From an uncultured Acidobacteriota bacterium (lineage in GTDB: Bacteria > Acidobacteriota > Thermoanaerobaculia > UBA5066 > Gp7-AA6), in assembly GCA_963764715.1 (NCBI GenBank), contig CAVXTP010000009.1, positions 131,199 to 195,198 on the forward strand: a stretch of DNA of 64,000 bases. Direction: 5' to 3'. A model generated the notes under the pieces. That model did not search any database, had not been told where the DNA came from, and was given only the letters and a program-made list of their open reading frames with translations. Every line of letters starts with the position of its first letter. Within the stretch, counting starts at the first letter, position 1. A program made the position numbers and the translations under genes. This document shows, in pieces, positions 30,161 to 40,994 of this stretch.

Positions 30161-31912
30161 GTGAAAAGAGTCATCATTGCCGTCGTCGGGCTGGCCTTCG
30201 CCGTCTCCGCCCTGGCCGAGCTCTCGAAGTACAAGGACTGGGACCGGTCGGCCGAGGCCTACTTCCTGACGCCCGCGGAGCGGGCCGAGTGGAAGGCGCT
30301 CGCGACCGACGCGGACGCCGAGAAGTTCATCGCCCTGTACTGGGCCAAGCGCGGAGGCGAGCCCTTCAAGCAGGAGGTCTCCCGGCGCATCGCCGCCGCC
30401 GACCAGCAGTTCAAGCTGGCGCGCTACAAGCACGGGTCGGAATCGGTGCGGGGCCGCCTGCTCGTGACGCTGGGGCCCCCGTCGCGCGTCGGGCAGACGC
30501 GCGCGCAGTCGGGGGGAGCCCTCGACGGCTCCGAGGGCGCCACGATCCCGAGAACGGACACGGCGTTCTCGGGCGATGCGGCCTCCTCGACGATCCTCTA
30601 CACCTGGACGTGGGAGAAGGACAAGCTGCCCGAAGTGCTGGGGCTGTCGGAGCTGAAGGCGCAAGTTTCGGTCGATCCCCGAGTCGGTACCGACGAGCTG
30701 CGCAACGGCGCCCAGGTCGAGAAGGCCATCGCGACGCTCGCGGAGAAGTCGATCGTCAACCCCAACGCCACGCTGACTGCGGCCCCGGCCGCCGGGGCGG
30801 CCGCCGCGGCTCCCCGTCCGGCGCCCGCCGGCGCGGCGCCCCCGGCCGGTGCTCCGGCCGCAGGCGCGGCGGCTCCGGCGGCTGCGGGAGCGGCGGCGGC
30901 GCCGGCCGCGGCGGTGATGCCGCTCCCGGCGGCGGTCAAGACGTCCCTCGAGTCCGCTCCGAACGCGGTGGCGGGCGAGGCGGGCTTCTGGTCCGGCACG
31001 TTCCGTTCCGTGGCCGGCGACGATTTCCTCGCCATGCAGTTCTACCTTCCGGCGAACAAGGCGGCCTTCGCCGCCGCGAGCCCGCTCAAGCTCGGCGGCA
31101 TCGTCACCGACGACTCCGGCAAGGAAGTGGAGTCGTTCTGGGAAGACGCGACGTTCTCCGAGGTGGCCGAGGGCAGCCGCAAGGATCGCGTCATCGACAA
31201 GTCGGTGCCGCTTCCGCCCGGCGCCTACAAGGCCAAGTTCGGCGTCTTCTCGGCCGAAGGGCAGCCGCCGCTGGCGTCGGCATCGTTTCCCTTCACGCTG
31301 AATGCGAAGTCGACGGAGTTCGAGGTCTCGCCGCTCATCCTCTCGAGCGGCCTCGTTCCGCTGACGAAGCGTCCCGGGCCGACCGATCCCTTCGTCTTCG
31401 GTACGGAGAAGCCCATCAAGGTCGAGCCGAAGGGCGACCGGGCGTTCTCGAAGCAGGACAGCCTTTGGTACTTCTACGCGGTGAGCAACCCGACGCTGCC
31501 CGCCGCGGCTCCGGCCCCGGCGGCGGACGCCGCGGCCCCGGCGGCGACGCCGGCCCCGGGCGCCGCCCCGGCCGCCCCCGCCCCTCCGGCCCCTGAGCCG
31601 AAACCCCGCGTGATGACGCGCATCAACGTCCAGCGCGACGGCCAGGACGCCTTCGCGCCCTTCACCGGCCCGGCGGATCTGATGGCGATCTCGGGCGGCC
31701 GCTACGGAACGGGCAGCGAGATTCCCCTGGCTTCCTTCGAGCCGGGTTACTACACGTTCGCGATCCTGGTGCGCGACCTGAATGCGCCCCGCGGCTCGGC
31801 GGCCAACAAGGGTTTCGAGCGCAAGGACGACTTCATCGTGCTGATGCCGGACGGCAGCCTGCCGCCCAAGAAGGCTCCAGCCGCGCCGGCACCCCCCAAG
31901 AAGAAGTCGTAG
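30161..31912 (+). CDS. Exported GWxTD-domain protein with Pro/Ala-rich linkers
   Basis: YFLTPAERAEW..FIALYWAKR..RRIAAADQQF..GSESVRG...LGPP. GTG follows GGAGG; an alternative ATG is at 30140. Confidence 0.8.
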   Translation: MKRVIIAVVGLAFAVSALAELSKYKDWDRSAEAYFLTPAERAEWKALATDADAEKFIALYWAKRGGEPFKQEVSRRIAAADQQFKLARYKHGSESVRGRLLVTLGPPSRVGQTRAQSGGALDGSEGATIPRTDTAFSGDAASSTILYTWTWEKDKLPEVLGLSELKAQVSVDPRVGTDELRNGAQVEKAIATLAEKSIVNPNATLTAAPAAGAAAAAPRPAPAGAAPPAGAPAAGAAAPAAAGAAAAPAAAVMPLPAAVKTSLESAPNAVAGEAGFWSGTFRSVAGDDFLAMQFYLPANKAAFAAASPLKLGGIVTDDSGKEVESFWEDATFSEVAEGSRKDRVIDKSVPLPPGAYKAKFGVFSAEGQPPLASASFPFTLNAKSTEFEVSPLILSSGLVPLTKRPGPTDPFVFGTEKPIKVEPKGDRAFSKQDSLWYFYAVSNPTLPAAAPAPAADAAAPAATPAPGAAPAAPAPPAPEPKPRVMTRINVQRDGQDAFAPFTGPADLMAISGGRYGTGSEIPLASFEPGYYTFAILVRDLNAPRGSAANKGFERKDDFIVLMPDGSLPPKKAPAAPAPPKKKS

Positions 31913-31919
31913 TCCGGGA

Positions 31920-31978
31920 GTAGGGGCGGGGCTCGTCCCGCGCTTCCGAAATGGGGCGGCCGCAAGGGCCGCCCCTAC
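31920..31978. repeat. Inverted GTAG-REP doublet (REPIN-like) between convergent genes
   Basis: GTAGGGGCGGGGCTCGTCCC... followed by the inverted copy ...GGGGCGGCCGCAAGGGCCGCCCCTAC. Confidence 0.7.
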
Positions 31979-31985
31979 GTTTTTC

Positions 31986-33623
31986 TTACTCGATCCGCAC
32001 GTTCACCCGCGCCGTCCCCATCTTTCCGGTTGCGACGTCGCGGACGTTGACGACGATCCGGTAGTTGCCCTTCTTCGTCTGGAGCTGCGTCGAGTAGCCG
32101 AGGAGGTCGTTCGAGCCGGCCCTGGCGGTGGCGATCTCGAAGGTCGATTCCTGGCGGCCGATGTCGCTCATCCGCCCCTTGTCGTCGATCGCCCCGATGT
32201 AGAAGGACGCCCGCGCCGTGGCCTTGTCGCCGTTCGGGACGAACGTGAGGGACGAGGCCGGCACCGTGACGGTGATCGGGAGGTTGAAGAGCTTCTTTTC
32301 GCCCGGGGTGGCGGGCGACGTGCGGATCTGCGCCGGGATCGCGGAGTAGGTCAGGTCGGTTTGGAGGGTCGCGAGCGCCTTCTGGGAGACGACCGTCTCC
32401 TCGGGCCGTTCCTCGAACCCGCGCCGCGTACGGACGGTCACGCCGGGCCGGTTGACCGACACGGCGACTTTCTCGTACTTGCCGACCGTGATCCCCGAAA
32501 GGTTGACGCCGATCGAGTAGTAGGTCGAGACGGCTTCGTACACGGTCCCGAGGCCCTTCTGGAAGTCGTTGGTGTTGAGGAGCGCGCGTCCTCCCGTCTC
32601 GTACGCCAGCTGCTGCAGGCCGTTCTGCCGGTCCTGCCGCGCCTGGAAGCCGACGACCGGACGGCTCGACAGCGGATCGTCGTTGGCGGCGCCGACGCCC
32701 TCGGTCGTCAGGCCCGTGGCGTCGACCGTGAAGAACGTCACGTCGTCGGAGTTGGCGCGCTGGGCCAGCTCCCCGACCCGCTCCGGGACCTGGCGGATGT
32801 CGACGAAGGAGAGCGACGGGGCCGCGACCGAGCCCGTGGCGTACTGCGCCATGACGTAGCCCGGCTGGTACTCGAACCCGCCCGTCACGAAGAGAAAGGA
32901 CTTCTTGCCCGAGAGGGGCGCGAGCGTGACGAGCTCGTTCGACATGCTCTGGATCATCGTCTGGATCTCCTGGGAGATCTCCGCGGCGTACTGCTGGACG
33001 TAGGCGCCTCGGCGACGCCGCGGGGTCGAGTCGATCAGGGCCATGGTCTGCCGCTGCGTCTGGAGGCGCGACATGCCCGGATTCTCGGCTTCGATCCCGG
33101 AGATCGCGGCCATCGCCGTCTCCTTGCTCGTCGTCCAGTCCGAAAGGACCCTGGGCGAGCGGTCGAAGAGGACGACGCGGGTCGCGTCGTGGGGCCCGAG
33201 GCGCGAGACGAAGTCCGAGAGGGCGTTCAGGCTGCGGTTGCGGATCCCGGGCGAGATGAAGCCGAGATCGATGTAAATCAGGAAGTTCCGCGGCACGATC
33301 GTCTCGTCGCCCTGCCGGTAGGCCTTCAGCACCTGCTCGGGCGAGGCAGCGGCGAGGTCCGGGGTGTGGATGGTGCCGGCGTCGACCCGGGTGAAGTAGT
33401 CGATCTTCGCCGGCCTTCCGGCGATCTCGACCGTGAAGTCCTCGCGCGTCAGGCCGGTCACGGGCTGTCCCTTCGAGTCCGTGACGTCGACGTCGAGATC
33501 GAGCACCCGGACCTCGACCTTTTCCGAGAAGACCGGGGGAGCGGGCCGAGGCGCCGGGGGCTCCTGGCCGGTGGCCACGACCGTGGAGAGCAGAAGCGCG
33601 ACGGCGGGGAATCTCGAGCGCAT
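31986..33623 (-). CDS. Exported VWA-domain protein (acidobacterial type)
   Basis: Signal peptide; motifs VTDSKGQPVTGLTREDF, GKKSFLFVTGG, LAYETGG, VRTRRG. Confidence 0.85.
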   Translation of the reverse strand: MRSRFPAVALLLSTVVATGQEPPAPRPAPPVFSEKVEVRVLDLDVDVTDSKGQPVTGLTREDFTVEIAGRPAKIDYFTRVDAGTIHTPDLAAASPEQVLKAYRQGDETIVPRNFLIYIDLGFISPGIRNRSLNALSDFVSRLGPHDATRVVLFDRSPRVLSDWTTSKETAMAAISGIEAENPGMSRLQTQRQTMALIDSTPRRRRGAYVQQYAAEISQEIQTMIQSMSNELVTLAPLSGKKSFLFVTGGFEYQPGYVMAQYATGSVAAPSLSFVDIRQVPERVGELAQRANSDDVTFFTVDATGLTTEGVGAANDDPLSSRPVVGFQARQDRQNGLQQLAYETGGRALLNTNDFQKGLGTVYEAVSTYYSIGVNLSGITVGKYEKVAVSVNRPGVTVRTRRGFEERPEETVVSQKALATLQTDLTYSAIPAQIRTSPATPGEKKLFNLPITVTVPASSLTFVPNGDKATARASFYIGAIDDKGRMSDIGRQESTFEIATARAGSNDLLGYSTQLQTKKGNYRIVVNVRDVATGKMGTARVNVRIE

Positions 33624-33771
33624 GATTCGATCCTTTCTTCGAGGGCCCGGCCCGGTCGCGCCGGATCGAGGTCCTCCCGATACGGCACCGTCAACGTCAG
33701 GAGACCGGCGGGGATTTCCGGGTTGTCCTCTTTTGAGGAAAGTTTCAGCCGGCGGAGAGGGCCGCCGGGGT

Positions 33772-35191
33772 TTATTCCCGCTCGACGCCGACGGGCTCGA
33801 GCCCGAGGTACTCGAAGAGCATGTTGAGCTCGGCCGAGATCTCCTCGGTTTCGAGGTCGTCTCCGGCCTCGACCGGGAGGCTCCCGATGGCGCAGTCGCG
33901 GACGGCGGAGCGCGCCGCGCGCACGAGGGCGGCCGACGCGCTCGGGTCCGTTCCGTCGTCCGAGAGGGTCGCCTCGAAATCGCGGGGGAGGCCCCAGATC
34001 TCGGCGCGGGCGCGGCCGACGGCGGGCCGGTACGTCTCGAGCACCGCTCCGCGGAAGGGGCCGGCCGGCAGGTTCATCTCCCGGACGATCTCGAAGAGGT
34101 CCGCGTACCCGATGCAGTGCAGGAGGCCGAGCGTGTAGCCGCGCTCCCGGGAAAGCCCGTACCGCTCGGCGAACTTCCCGGCCGCGAGCGCCGCCGCCAG
34201 GCTCGCCCGGCGCACGGCCCGGGCCGCGGGGTCGGTCCGCGGCAGGGCGGGGAAGTCGCTCGAGGAGAGACGGTCGATCAGGACGGTCAGGGCGCGGGCC
34301 CCGATGCGCTCGATCGCTTCGGGGACCGTGCCGACCGAGTTCTCCCGGTCGACCGAGAGCGAGTTGGCGAGGATCAGGAGATCGAGCGTCAGGTACGGGT
34401 CGAGGGCGGCGATCGGGACCACGGCCTGGATGTCGAGCGGCGATTTCTTCAGGAGCTCCAGGAGGAGCGTGGCCGTGTCCTCGTGGACCGGACGCATGAG
34501 GTAGTTCTTGATGAGGCGCTCGCGGAGCCTGCGCGCGAACTCCTGGAACCGGACGAAGTGTCCCCGCGCCTCCATCGGCTCGAGGGGCGTGTCGATGCGC
34601 TCGAGGGCCTCCCAGAAGTGCTCCTCGATCCCGTCCGGGCAGAAACGGGATCACCCACGCGTCGGCCGCCTCCCAGTTCTCGCGCCGCTCCTTTCGGGAT
34701 TGCCGGTGCGTGTCGTCGAGCTGCTTGACGCCCTGGAAGGCGAGGGCCTGGCCCCGGAGCGTCAGTCCGATGCGCAGGATCGGCGTCACCCGGTAGGTCG
34801 GGTCGTAGTCGAAGTTGGCCTCGCGCCACTCGAAGATCTCGAAGAGGAGCTTGCGGGCGAGCTCTTCGACGCGGAGCGACAGGCCGTCGAGGGTGTCGTG
34901 ACCCATCTCGAGAATCAACCGCGTCAGGTTCTCCTGCGTCGTCATGTTCCGTGCCAGGAGCTCGTAGAGGGTGGCGGCCGTCAACGCGCCGCTCCGGAGG
35001 AGGTGGACGCCGAGGCGGTGTCGGGACAGGGAGCCCGAGACGTAGACGATCTCCCCGTCCTTCCAGTCGAGCGTGCGCCGGTCGTGGCCGCGCGTGACGA
35101 GAAGCCGGCCCGATCGCCGGTTCAATTCCATCCATTGAAGAAGGTCCGCGAGGCCGAAGACCTCGAGACGTCCCCGGAAATGCTCGGTCAT
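33772..35191 (-). CDS. DUF4388 + HDOD-domain protein (one frameshift near 34637)
   Basis: N-terminal [22 protein letters not shown]; C-terminal [15 protein letters not shown] and GLLHCIG. Length is 3n+1. Confidence 0.75.
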
Positions 35192-35270
35192 TGGCGCTGT
35201 GGCCTCGATTTTAGCATCCGCGCCCCGCCGGGACGGGCCCCGGGGGGACCCCTGTGCCAGAATCCGCCGT

Positions 35271-36846
35271 GTGAAGGACGTCAAGGAGAAGCCGGGACGG
35301 CCCAATCTCCCGGCCGAAACGTCGTCCAGCATCCCGATCGAGCCTTTCTACGGAAGCCCCCGTCCGGGCGAGTTCCCGTTCACCCGCGGCATCCAGCCGG
35401 AAGGCTACCGGGAGCGCTTCTGGACGATGCGCCAGTACGCCGGTTTCGGCTCGGCGCGGGAGTCCAACCGCCGCTACCGGTACCTCCTGGAGCAGGGCCA
35501 GACCGGCCTCTCCGTGGCCTTCGACCTGCCGACCCAGATGGGCTACGACTCGGACGATCCGGCGGCCCGCGGCGAGGTCGGCAAGGTCGGCGTGGCGATC
35601 GCGTCGATCGAGGACATGCGGGTCCTGACCGAGGGGCTCCCGCTCGACCGGGTCTCGATCTCGATGACGATCAACTCCACGGCCGCGATCCTCCTGGCGC
35701 TCTATCTCGCGGTGGCGCGCGAGCGGGGCGTTCGCTGGGACGCCCTTTCGGGGACCGTGCAGAACGACCTCCTCAAGGAGTACGTGGCGCGCGGGACCTA
35801 CATCTTCCCGCCCCGCGCCTCGCTCAAGATCACGACCGACATCTTCGCGTTCTGCGGCGCCGAGGTGCCGCGCTGGAACACGATCTCGATCTCCGGCTAC
35901 CACATCCGGGAGGCCGGGTCGACCGCCGTCCAGGAGGTCGCCTTCACGCTCTCCAACGCGATCGCCTACGTCGAGGCGGCGGTCGCGCGCGGCCTCGCGA
36001 TCGACGACTTCGCGCCGCGGCTCTCCTTCTTCTTCAACGCCCACGCCAACTTCTTCGAGGAGGTCGCCAAGTTCCGCGCGGCACGCTCGCTCTGGGCCGA
36101 GATCGCGCGGGACCGCTTCGGCGCGAAGGACCCGCGCTCCTGGCGCCTGCGCTTCCACACGCAGACGGCGGGCTCCACGCTGACGGCCCAGCAGCCCGAC
36201 GTCAACGTCGTCCGGGTCGCGCTGCAGGCCCTTTCCGCCGTGCTCGGGGGCACGCAGTCGCTCCACACCAACGCGTCGGACGAGGCCCTCGCCCTGCCGA
36301 CCGAGCAGTCCGCGCGGCTCGCCCTGCGAACCCAGCAGGTCATCGCCAACGAGTCGGGGGTCGCCGACGTCGCCGACCCGCTCGGGCGGCTCGCACCTCG
36401 TCGAGGCCTGGACCGCGGAGATCCGCGATCGAGCGCGGGCCCTCATCCGCAAGGTCGACGGGCTCGGCGGGGCGGTCGCCGCGATCGAGCAGGGCTTCCT
36501 CCAGCGCGAGATCGAGGACGCGGCCTACATCGCGCAGCGCGAGATCGAGGAAGGCCGGCGCCTGGTCGTCGGGGTCAACGTTTTCCGCGAGGACAAGGAG
36601 ACGCTCCCGCCGATCCTCTCGGTCGATCCGAGGCTCGAGACCGAACAGATCGAGCGGCTGGCCGCGTTCCGGGCCACCCGCCCCGCGGAGGAGGCGCGCG
36701 CCGCGCTCGTCCGGATCGAGGAGGGCGCGAGAGAGGACCGGAACCTGATGCCGCTCCTCGTCGAGGCCGTCTCCCGACGCGCCACGCTCGGCGAAATCGT
36801 CCGGTCGCTGAAGGCCGTTTACGGTGAGTACCGGCCTGGCAGCTGA
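35271..36846 (+). CDS. Methylmalonyl-CoA mutase, large (substrate-binding) subunit; frameshift near 36385
   Basis: Motifs [19 protein letters not shown] (Tyr determinant), [17 protein letters not shown]. An extra G interrupts DPLGGS. No B12-binding domain. Confidence 0.9.
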
Positions 36847-36879
36847 CTGAAGGCGCGGTTAAGTTTCACTCTCTGAGTC

Positions 36880-37080
36880 GGTTGCACGTGTGGAAAAAGG
36901 ATCGCGCGCCGGTTTCCGCCGTTCTTCCCGGTGCACACGGCCTTGGGCATCCGGTTAAATCGTTGATGGTGCGTGGCTTCTCCGGTCGCACAGGTCTCGG
37001 TGCAATCCGGTGCGGGAACGCTCGATTCCACGATTTTTCGGCCATTTCCGCAGGCTTATTGACAGGCTTTTCCGCCGGAT
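36880..37080. promoter_or_regulatory. Candidate DnaA-box/IHF cluster (oriC-, datA- or DARS-like)
   Basis: TGTGGAAAA at 36889; IHF-like TAAATCGTTGATG at 36956; 12-bp-phased ATTTCCGCA/TTATTGACA/TTTTCCGCC at 37044-37076. Confidence 0.35.
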
Positions 37081-37127
37081 CTCCGGAAAACTGATTTCGA
37101 TCAAGCCGGCGTGCCTTTTCAGGCGCT

Positions 37128-37787
37128 CTACACACCGACTTTGGGGCAGAGCCCCTCGACCGGGCACTCCCCGCAGAGGGGCTTGCGGGCGGCGCAAATC
37201 CGTCGTCCGTGAAAGATCAGGAGGTGCGCCGCGAGCGTTCGGCGCCCCTTCGGGACGATTTCGTTCAGGTCCTGCTCGACCTTCACGGGGTCGCTCTGGC
37301 GGGTGAAGCCCATCCGTCGCGCGAGGCGGCCGATGTGCGTGTCGACGACGAACCCCTCGTCCTTTCCGAAGGCGTTGCCCAGGACGACGTTGGCCGTCTT
37401 GCGGCCCACGCCGGGAAGCGCGACGAGCTCCTCCATCGTGTCCGGCACCCGCCCGCCGTGCCCCGCCGCGATCGCCGCTCCCATCGCGCGCAGGCTCTTC
37501 GCCTTGGCGTTGAAGAAGCCGGTCGAGTGGATCTCGCGCTCGAGGACGCCGCGCGGCGAGCGGCCGTAGTCGGCGGCCGTCCGGTACTTTGCGAAGAGCG
37601 CCGGCGTGACCATGTTGACCCGCTTGTCCGTCGACTGCGCGGAGAGGATCGTCGCCACGAGGAGCTCGAGCGGGCTCGTGTGCTCGAGCGCGCACTTCGC
37701 GTCGGGATAGACCTTCTTGAGGCGCCGGAGGATCGCGGCCGCGCGGCGCTTCGTTTCCGCCGGCGTTTCTTTCGGACGGCGCGCCAT
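37128..37787 (-). CDS. nth: Endonuclease III
   Basis: Motifs LLVATILSAQSTD, LPGVGRKTANVV, VDTH; Fe-S motif C-X6-C-X2-C-X5-C. Confidence 0.96.
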   Translation of the reverse strand: MARRPKETPAETKRRAAAILRRLKKVYPDAKCALEHTSPLELLVATILSAQSTDKRVNMVTPALFAKYRTAADYGRSPRGVLEREIHSTGFFNAKAKSLRAMGAAIAAGHGGRVPDTMEELVALPGVGRKTANVVLGNAFGKDEGFVVDTHIGRLARRMGFTRQSDPVKVEQDLNEIVPKGRRTLAAHLLIFHGRRICAARKPLCGECPVEGLCPKVGV

Positions 37788-37818
37788 CGACGGGCATTCT
37801 ATGTGTAGGATCGGCACC

Positions 37819-39381
37819 GTGCGCCGCGCCCTCGCCGTCCTGGCCCTCGCGCTCCTCGCGCCGTCCGCCGCCGGGCTCGAGATCACGATCCTCCACACCT
37901 CGGACCTCCACGGACGGATCGACCCCGTCGACGCCCTCGAGGGCCGGGACCTCGGCGGCGGGCTCGCGCGCGTCGCGACGGTCGTCCGGAAGGTCCGCGC
38001 CGAGGGCCATCCCGTGCTCCTCCTCGACTCGGGCGACACGATCCAGGGCGCGCCCGAGCAGGCCCTCGCCTTCGCCCGGGAGCCGGGCGGGAAGGACCCG
38101 ATCGTCGAGGCGATGAACCTCGCCGGCTACGACGCGATGGCCGTCGGCAACCACGACTTCGACTTCGGCCGCGAACGGCTCGCGGCCTCGCAGCGGCAGG
38201 CCCGCTTCCCGATGCTCTCGGCCAACGCCCTCGGCGCGGACGGCGGCAATGCCTACGCGCCGTTCGTGGTGAAGACGCTGGAGGGGGTGCGCGTCGGCAT
38301 CCTCGGCCTCGTGACGAGCCAGGCCACGCGCTGGCTCGGCCCGGATCTCCTCCAGGGCCTCCGGTTCACGGATCCCGTGGCGGTCGCGCACGCCTGGGTC
38401 CGGACCCTCCGCGAGCAGGAGAAGTGCGACGTCGTCGTCGTGCTCGCGCACGTCGGGTTCGACAAGGACCCCGCGACGGGCAAGGAGCGACCCGGCGGGC
38501 GCGGCGACCGGGCCAGGGCGCTCGCGACCGAGGTGCCGGGCGTCGACCTCGTCCTCGCGGGCCACGGCCACGCCGTCGTCGCACCGAGGCGGATCGGCAA
38601 CGTCTGGGTGTCCGAGCCCGGGCGCTGGGGCGAAGTCCTGACCCGCTTCGACCTCGAGCTCGAAAAGACGGGCTCGGGCGCGTGGCGGATCGCGTCGGTC
38701 GAGGGCCGGAACCTTCCGATGAAGAAGATCGAGCCGGACCCGGCGCTCGTCGAGGCCGCGGCTGAAAGCCACGCCGCGTCGATGAAAGCCCTCGGGGCGG
38801 CGCTGACCGGGCTCTCCGCAGCCTCCACGACCCGCGACGCGCGCACCGAGGACTCCGGGATGCTCGACTGGGTTCACCGCGTCCAGTTGCAGAAGGGCGG
38901 CGCCGATCTCTCCTTCGCCTCGGTCCCCGCGTTCGAGCCCTTGACCTGGCCCGCGGGGCCGCTGACGCTCCGGCAGGTCTGGGAGTTCTACCCGTACGAG
39001 AACAGCCTCGTCACGGTCCGGGCGACGGGAAAGCTCGTCCGGCAGGCCCTCGAGCGCGCGGCCGCCTGCCTGGCCGATCCCTCGGAACGCCTGCGCGATT
39101 GCGACACTCTCGAGGGCGCCGAGTACGTTCTGGATCTTTCGAAGCCCGCGGGACGGCGCGTCGTCTCCCTTCGACGCGGGGGCCGGGAGGTCTCCGACGA
39201 CGACGTCCTCACGGTCGCGCTCAACTCCTACCGCGCGTCGGGGGGCGGCGGATACCCGATGTGGAAGCGGGCGGAACGGGTGCGCGAGAAGGGAAGCGTG
39301 CGCGACATGCTCGCTGCCGACGCGCGCTCCGTCCCGCGGCTCGACCTGGCGCCGACGAGGAACTGGTCGGTCGCGCGCTGA
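37819..39381 (+). CDS. Exported 5'-nucleotidase / 2',3'-cyclic phosphodiesterase
   Basis: Motifs HTSDLHG, DSGD, GNHDFDFG, GHGH, YPYEN, YRASGGGGY. Confidence 0.9.
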   Translation: MRRALAVLALALLAPSAAGLEITILHTSDLHGRIDPVDALEGRDLGGGLARVATVVRKVRAEGHPVLLLDSGDTIQGAPEQALAFAREPGGKDPIVEAMNLAGYDAMAVGNHDFDFGRERLAASQRQARFPMLSANALGADGGNAYAPFVVKTLEGVRVGILGLVTSQATRWLGPDLLQGLRFTDPVAVAHAWVRTLREQEKCDVVVVLAHVGFDKDPATGKERPGGRGDRARALATEVPGVDLVLAGHGHAVVAPRRIGNVWVSEPGRWGEVLTRFDLELEKTGSGAWRIASVEGRNLPMKKIEPDPALVEAAAESHAASMKALGAALTGLSAASTTRDARTEDSGMLDWVHRVQLQKGGADLSFASVPAFEPLTWPAGPLTLRQVWEFYPYENSLVTVRATGKLVRQALERAAACLADPSERLRDCDTLEGAEYVLDLSKPAGRRVVSLRRGGREVSDDDVLTVALNSYRASGGGGYPMWKRAERVREKGSVRDMLAADARSVPRLDLAPTRNWSVAR

Positions 39382-39390
39382 CGGGAAGGG

Positions 39391-40990
39391 CTAGGCGCGG
39401 CTGCGCAGGTCCCGGGCGACTTCGCGGCTGGCGTTGAAGCCCGGCGCGCCCGAGACGCCGCCGCCCGGGTGCGTTCCGGCGCCGCAGAGGTACAGGCCGC
39501 GGACGGGCGTGCGGTACTGCGCCCAGTCGAGGAGCGGCCGCATCGTGAAGAGCTGGTCGATGGCGGCGTCGCCGTGGAAGACGTGGCCGCCCGTGAGGCC
39601 GAACGTCTGCTCGAGGTCCACGGGGGTCAGGACCTGCCGCGAGGCGACGAGGCTCTTCAGGTTCGGCGCGTACGCGGCGACGGCGTCGACGACGGCGTCG
39701 CCGAGGGCGTCCCGCTTCGCTTTCCAGTCGCCGGACTTCAGCTTGTAGGGCGCGAACTGGGCCACGATCGACATGACGTGCTTGCCGGCCGGGGCGAGCG
39801 ACGGGTCCGTCAGCGTGGGGATGGTGACGTCGCAGTACGGATGGGGCGAGAAGTCGCCGTACTTGGCGGCGTCGTACGCGCGCTCGAGATAGTCGATCTC
39901 CGGTCCGATGTGGATGCGTCCGGCGAGGACGTTCGGAGCCGCCCGCGGCCGCGGCGGAGGGAAACTCCGGCAGGCCCGAAAGCGCCAGGTTGACCTTGGC
40001 GATCGCGCCTTTCGACCGGTAGTTCTGCATCTTCCAGATGAAGTCCGGGTCGAGCTCGACCGGATCGACCAGAGTCGAGCAGCGTGTGCTTGGGATCGGC
40101 GTTCGAGACGACGGCGCGGGCCGGCACTTCCTCGCCGGTCGAGAGGACGACGCCGGTCGCCCGGCCGTCCTTCGTCGCGACGCGGGCCACGGTCGCTCCG
40201 GTGCGGACTTCGGCGCCGAAGCCGCGGGCGGCGGCGGCGAGCGCCTGGGTGAGCGCGCCCATGCCGCCCGCGCACGAAGTCCGCGGGGCCGGCGGCGTTC
40301 GAGTCGCTCGCGGCCTGGAGGACGACGCCGAGGGCCGTGCCGGCCGACCACGGGCCCGCGAACGCCCCGTAGATGCCCCGGGCGGCGACGACCGCGCGCA
40401 GCAGCTCCGTCTCGAAGAACTCGGAGACGAGGTCGGCGACCGCCATCGGGCCCCACCGCAGGAGCCGGAACGCGTCGCGGCGCGGCAGCGCCCGGAACTT
40501 GCGGCCGACGCCGAGGAGCTCCCACATTTCCCCCATCGACGGATCGTCGATCGAAGGCGGCGTCATCGTCAGGAACGGCGCCGAGCACCTTGCCGATCCG
40601 GCCGAGGCTCTCGTGGAAGGCGAGGTAGCCCTTCGCGTCGTGGGGCGAGATCTTCTCGATCGAGCGGGCGGCGGCCTGCGGATCGGAGGCCAGAGCGATG
40701 GCCCGTCCGTCGAGCGCCGGCGCGAAGACCCGGGTCTCCGTCTGGATGAACGAGAGGCCGTGGCGCGCGAGATCGAGGTCGCGGGCGATCGACGGCAGGA
40801 ACGGCCCCGCGGCGTGGAGGAGCGTCGAGGCGCGGAACCCGGGAGCGAACTCCTCGGTGACCGCGACCCCGCCGACGATCTCGCGCCGCTCGAGGACGGC
40901 GACCTTGAGGCCTGCCTTCGCGAGGTACGCGGCGGCGGTCAGGCCGTTGGGCCCGCCGCCGATGACGACGATGTCCTTCGTTTCCGCCAT
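39391..40990 (-). CDS. FAD-dependent oxidoreductase (phytoene dehydrogenase-like/PYROXD2 family); ~4 frameshifts
   Basis: GGGPNGL..AYLAKAG and YLCGAGTHPGGGVSG. Indels near 40582, 40268, 40075 and 39935. Confidence 0.8.
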
Positions 40991-40994
40991 CGCC

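Noticed and set aside
30770-30930. GC-rich quasi-repeats inside the GWxTD gene (also 31490-31600 and 56860-56950)
   Set aside because: They encode ordinary Ala/Pro linkers rather than independent DNA elements.
36375-36400. Programmed frameshift in methylmalonyl-CoA mutase or the other split genes
   Set aside because: No slippery heptamer or stimulatory structure seen; similar indels in unrelated neighbouring genes point to sequencing error.
35271-36846. Isobutyryl- or 2-hydroxyisobutyryl-CoA mutase
   Set aside because: The RQYAG motif has the Tyr diagnostic of methylmalonyl-CoA specificity; a separate B12-binding subunit is common.
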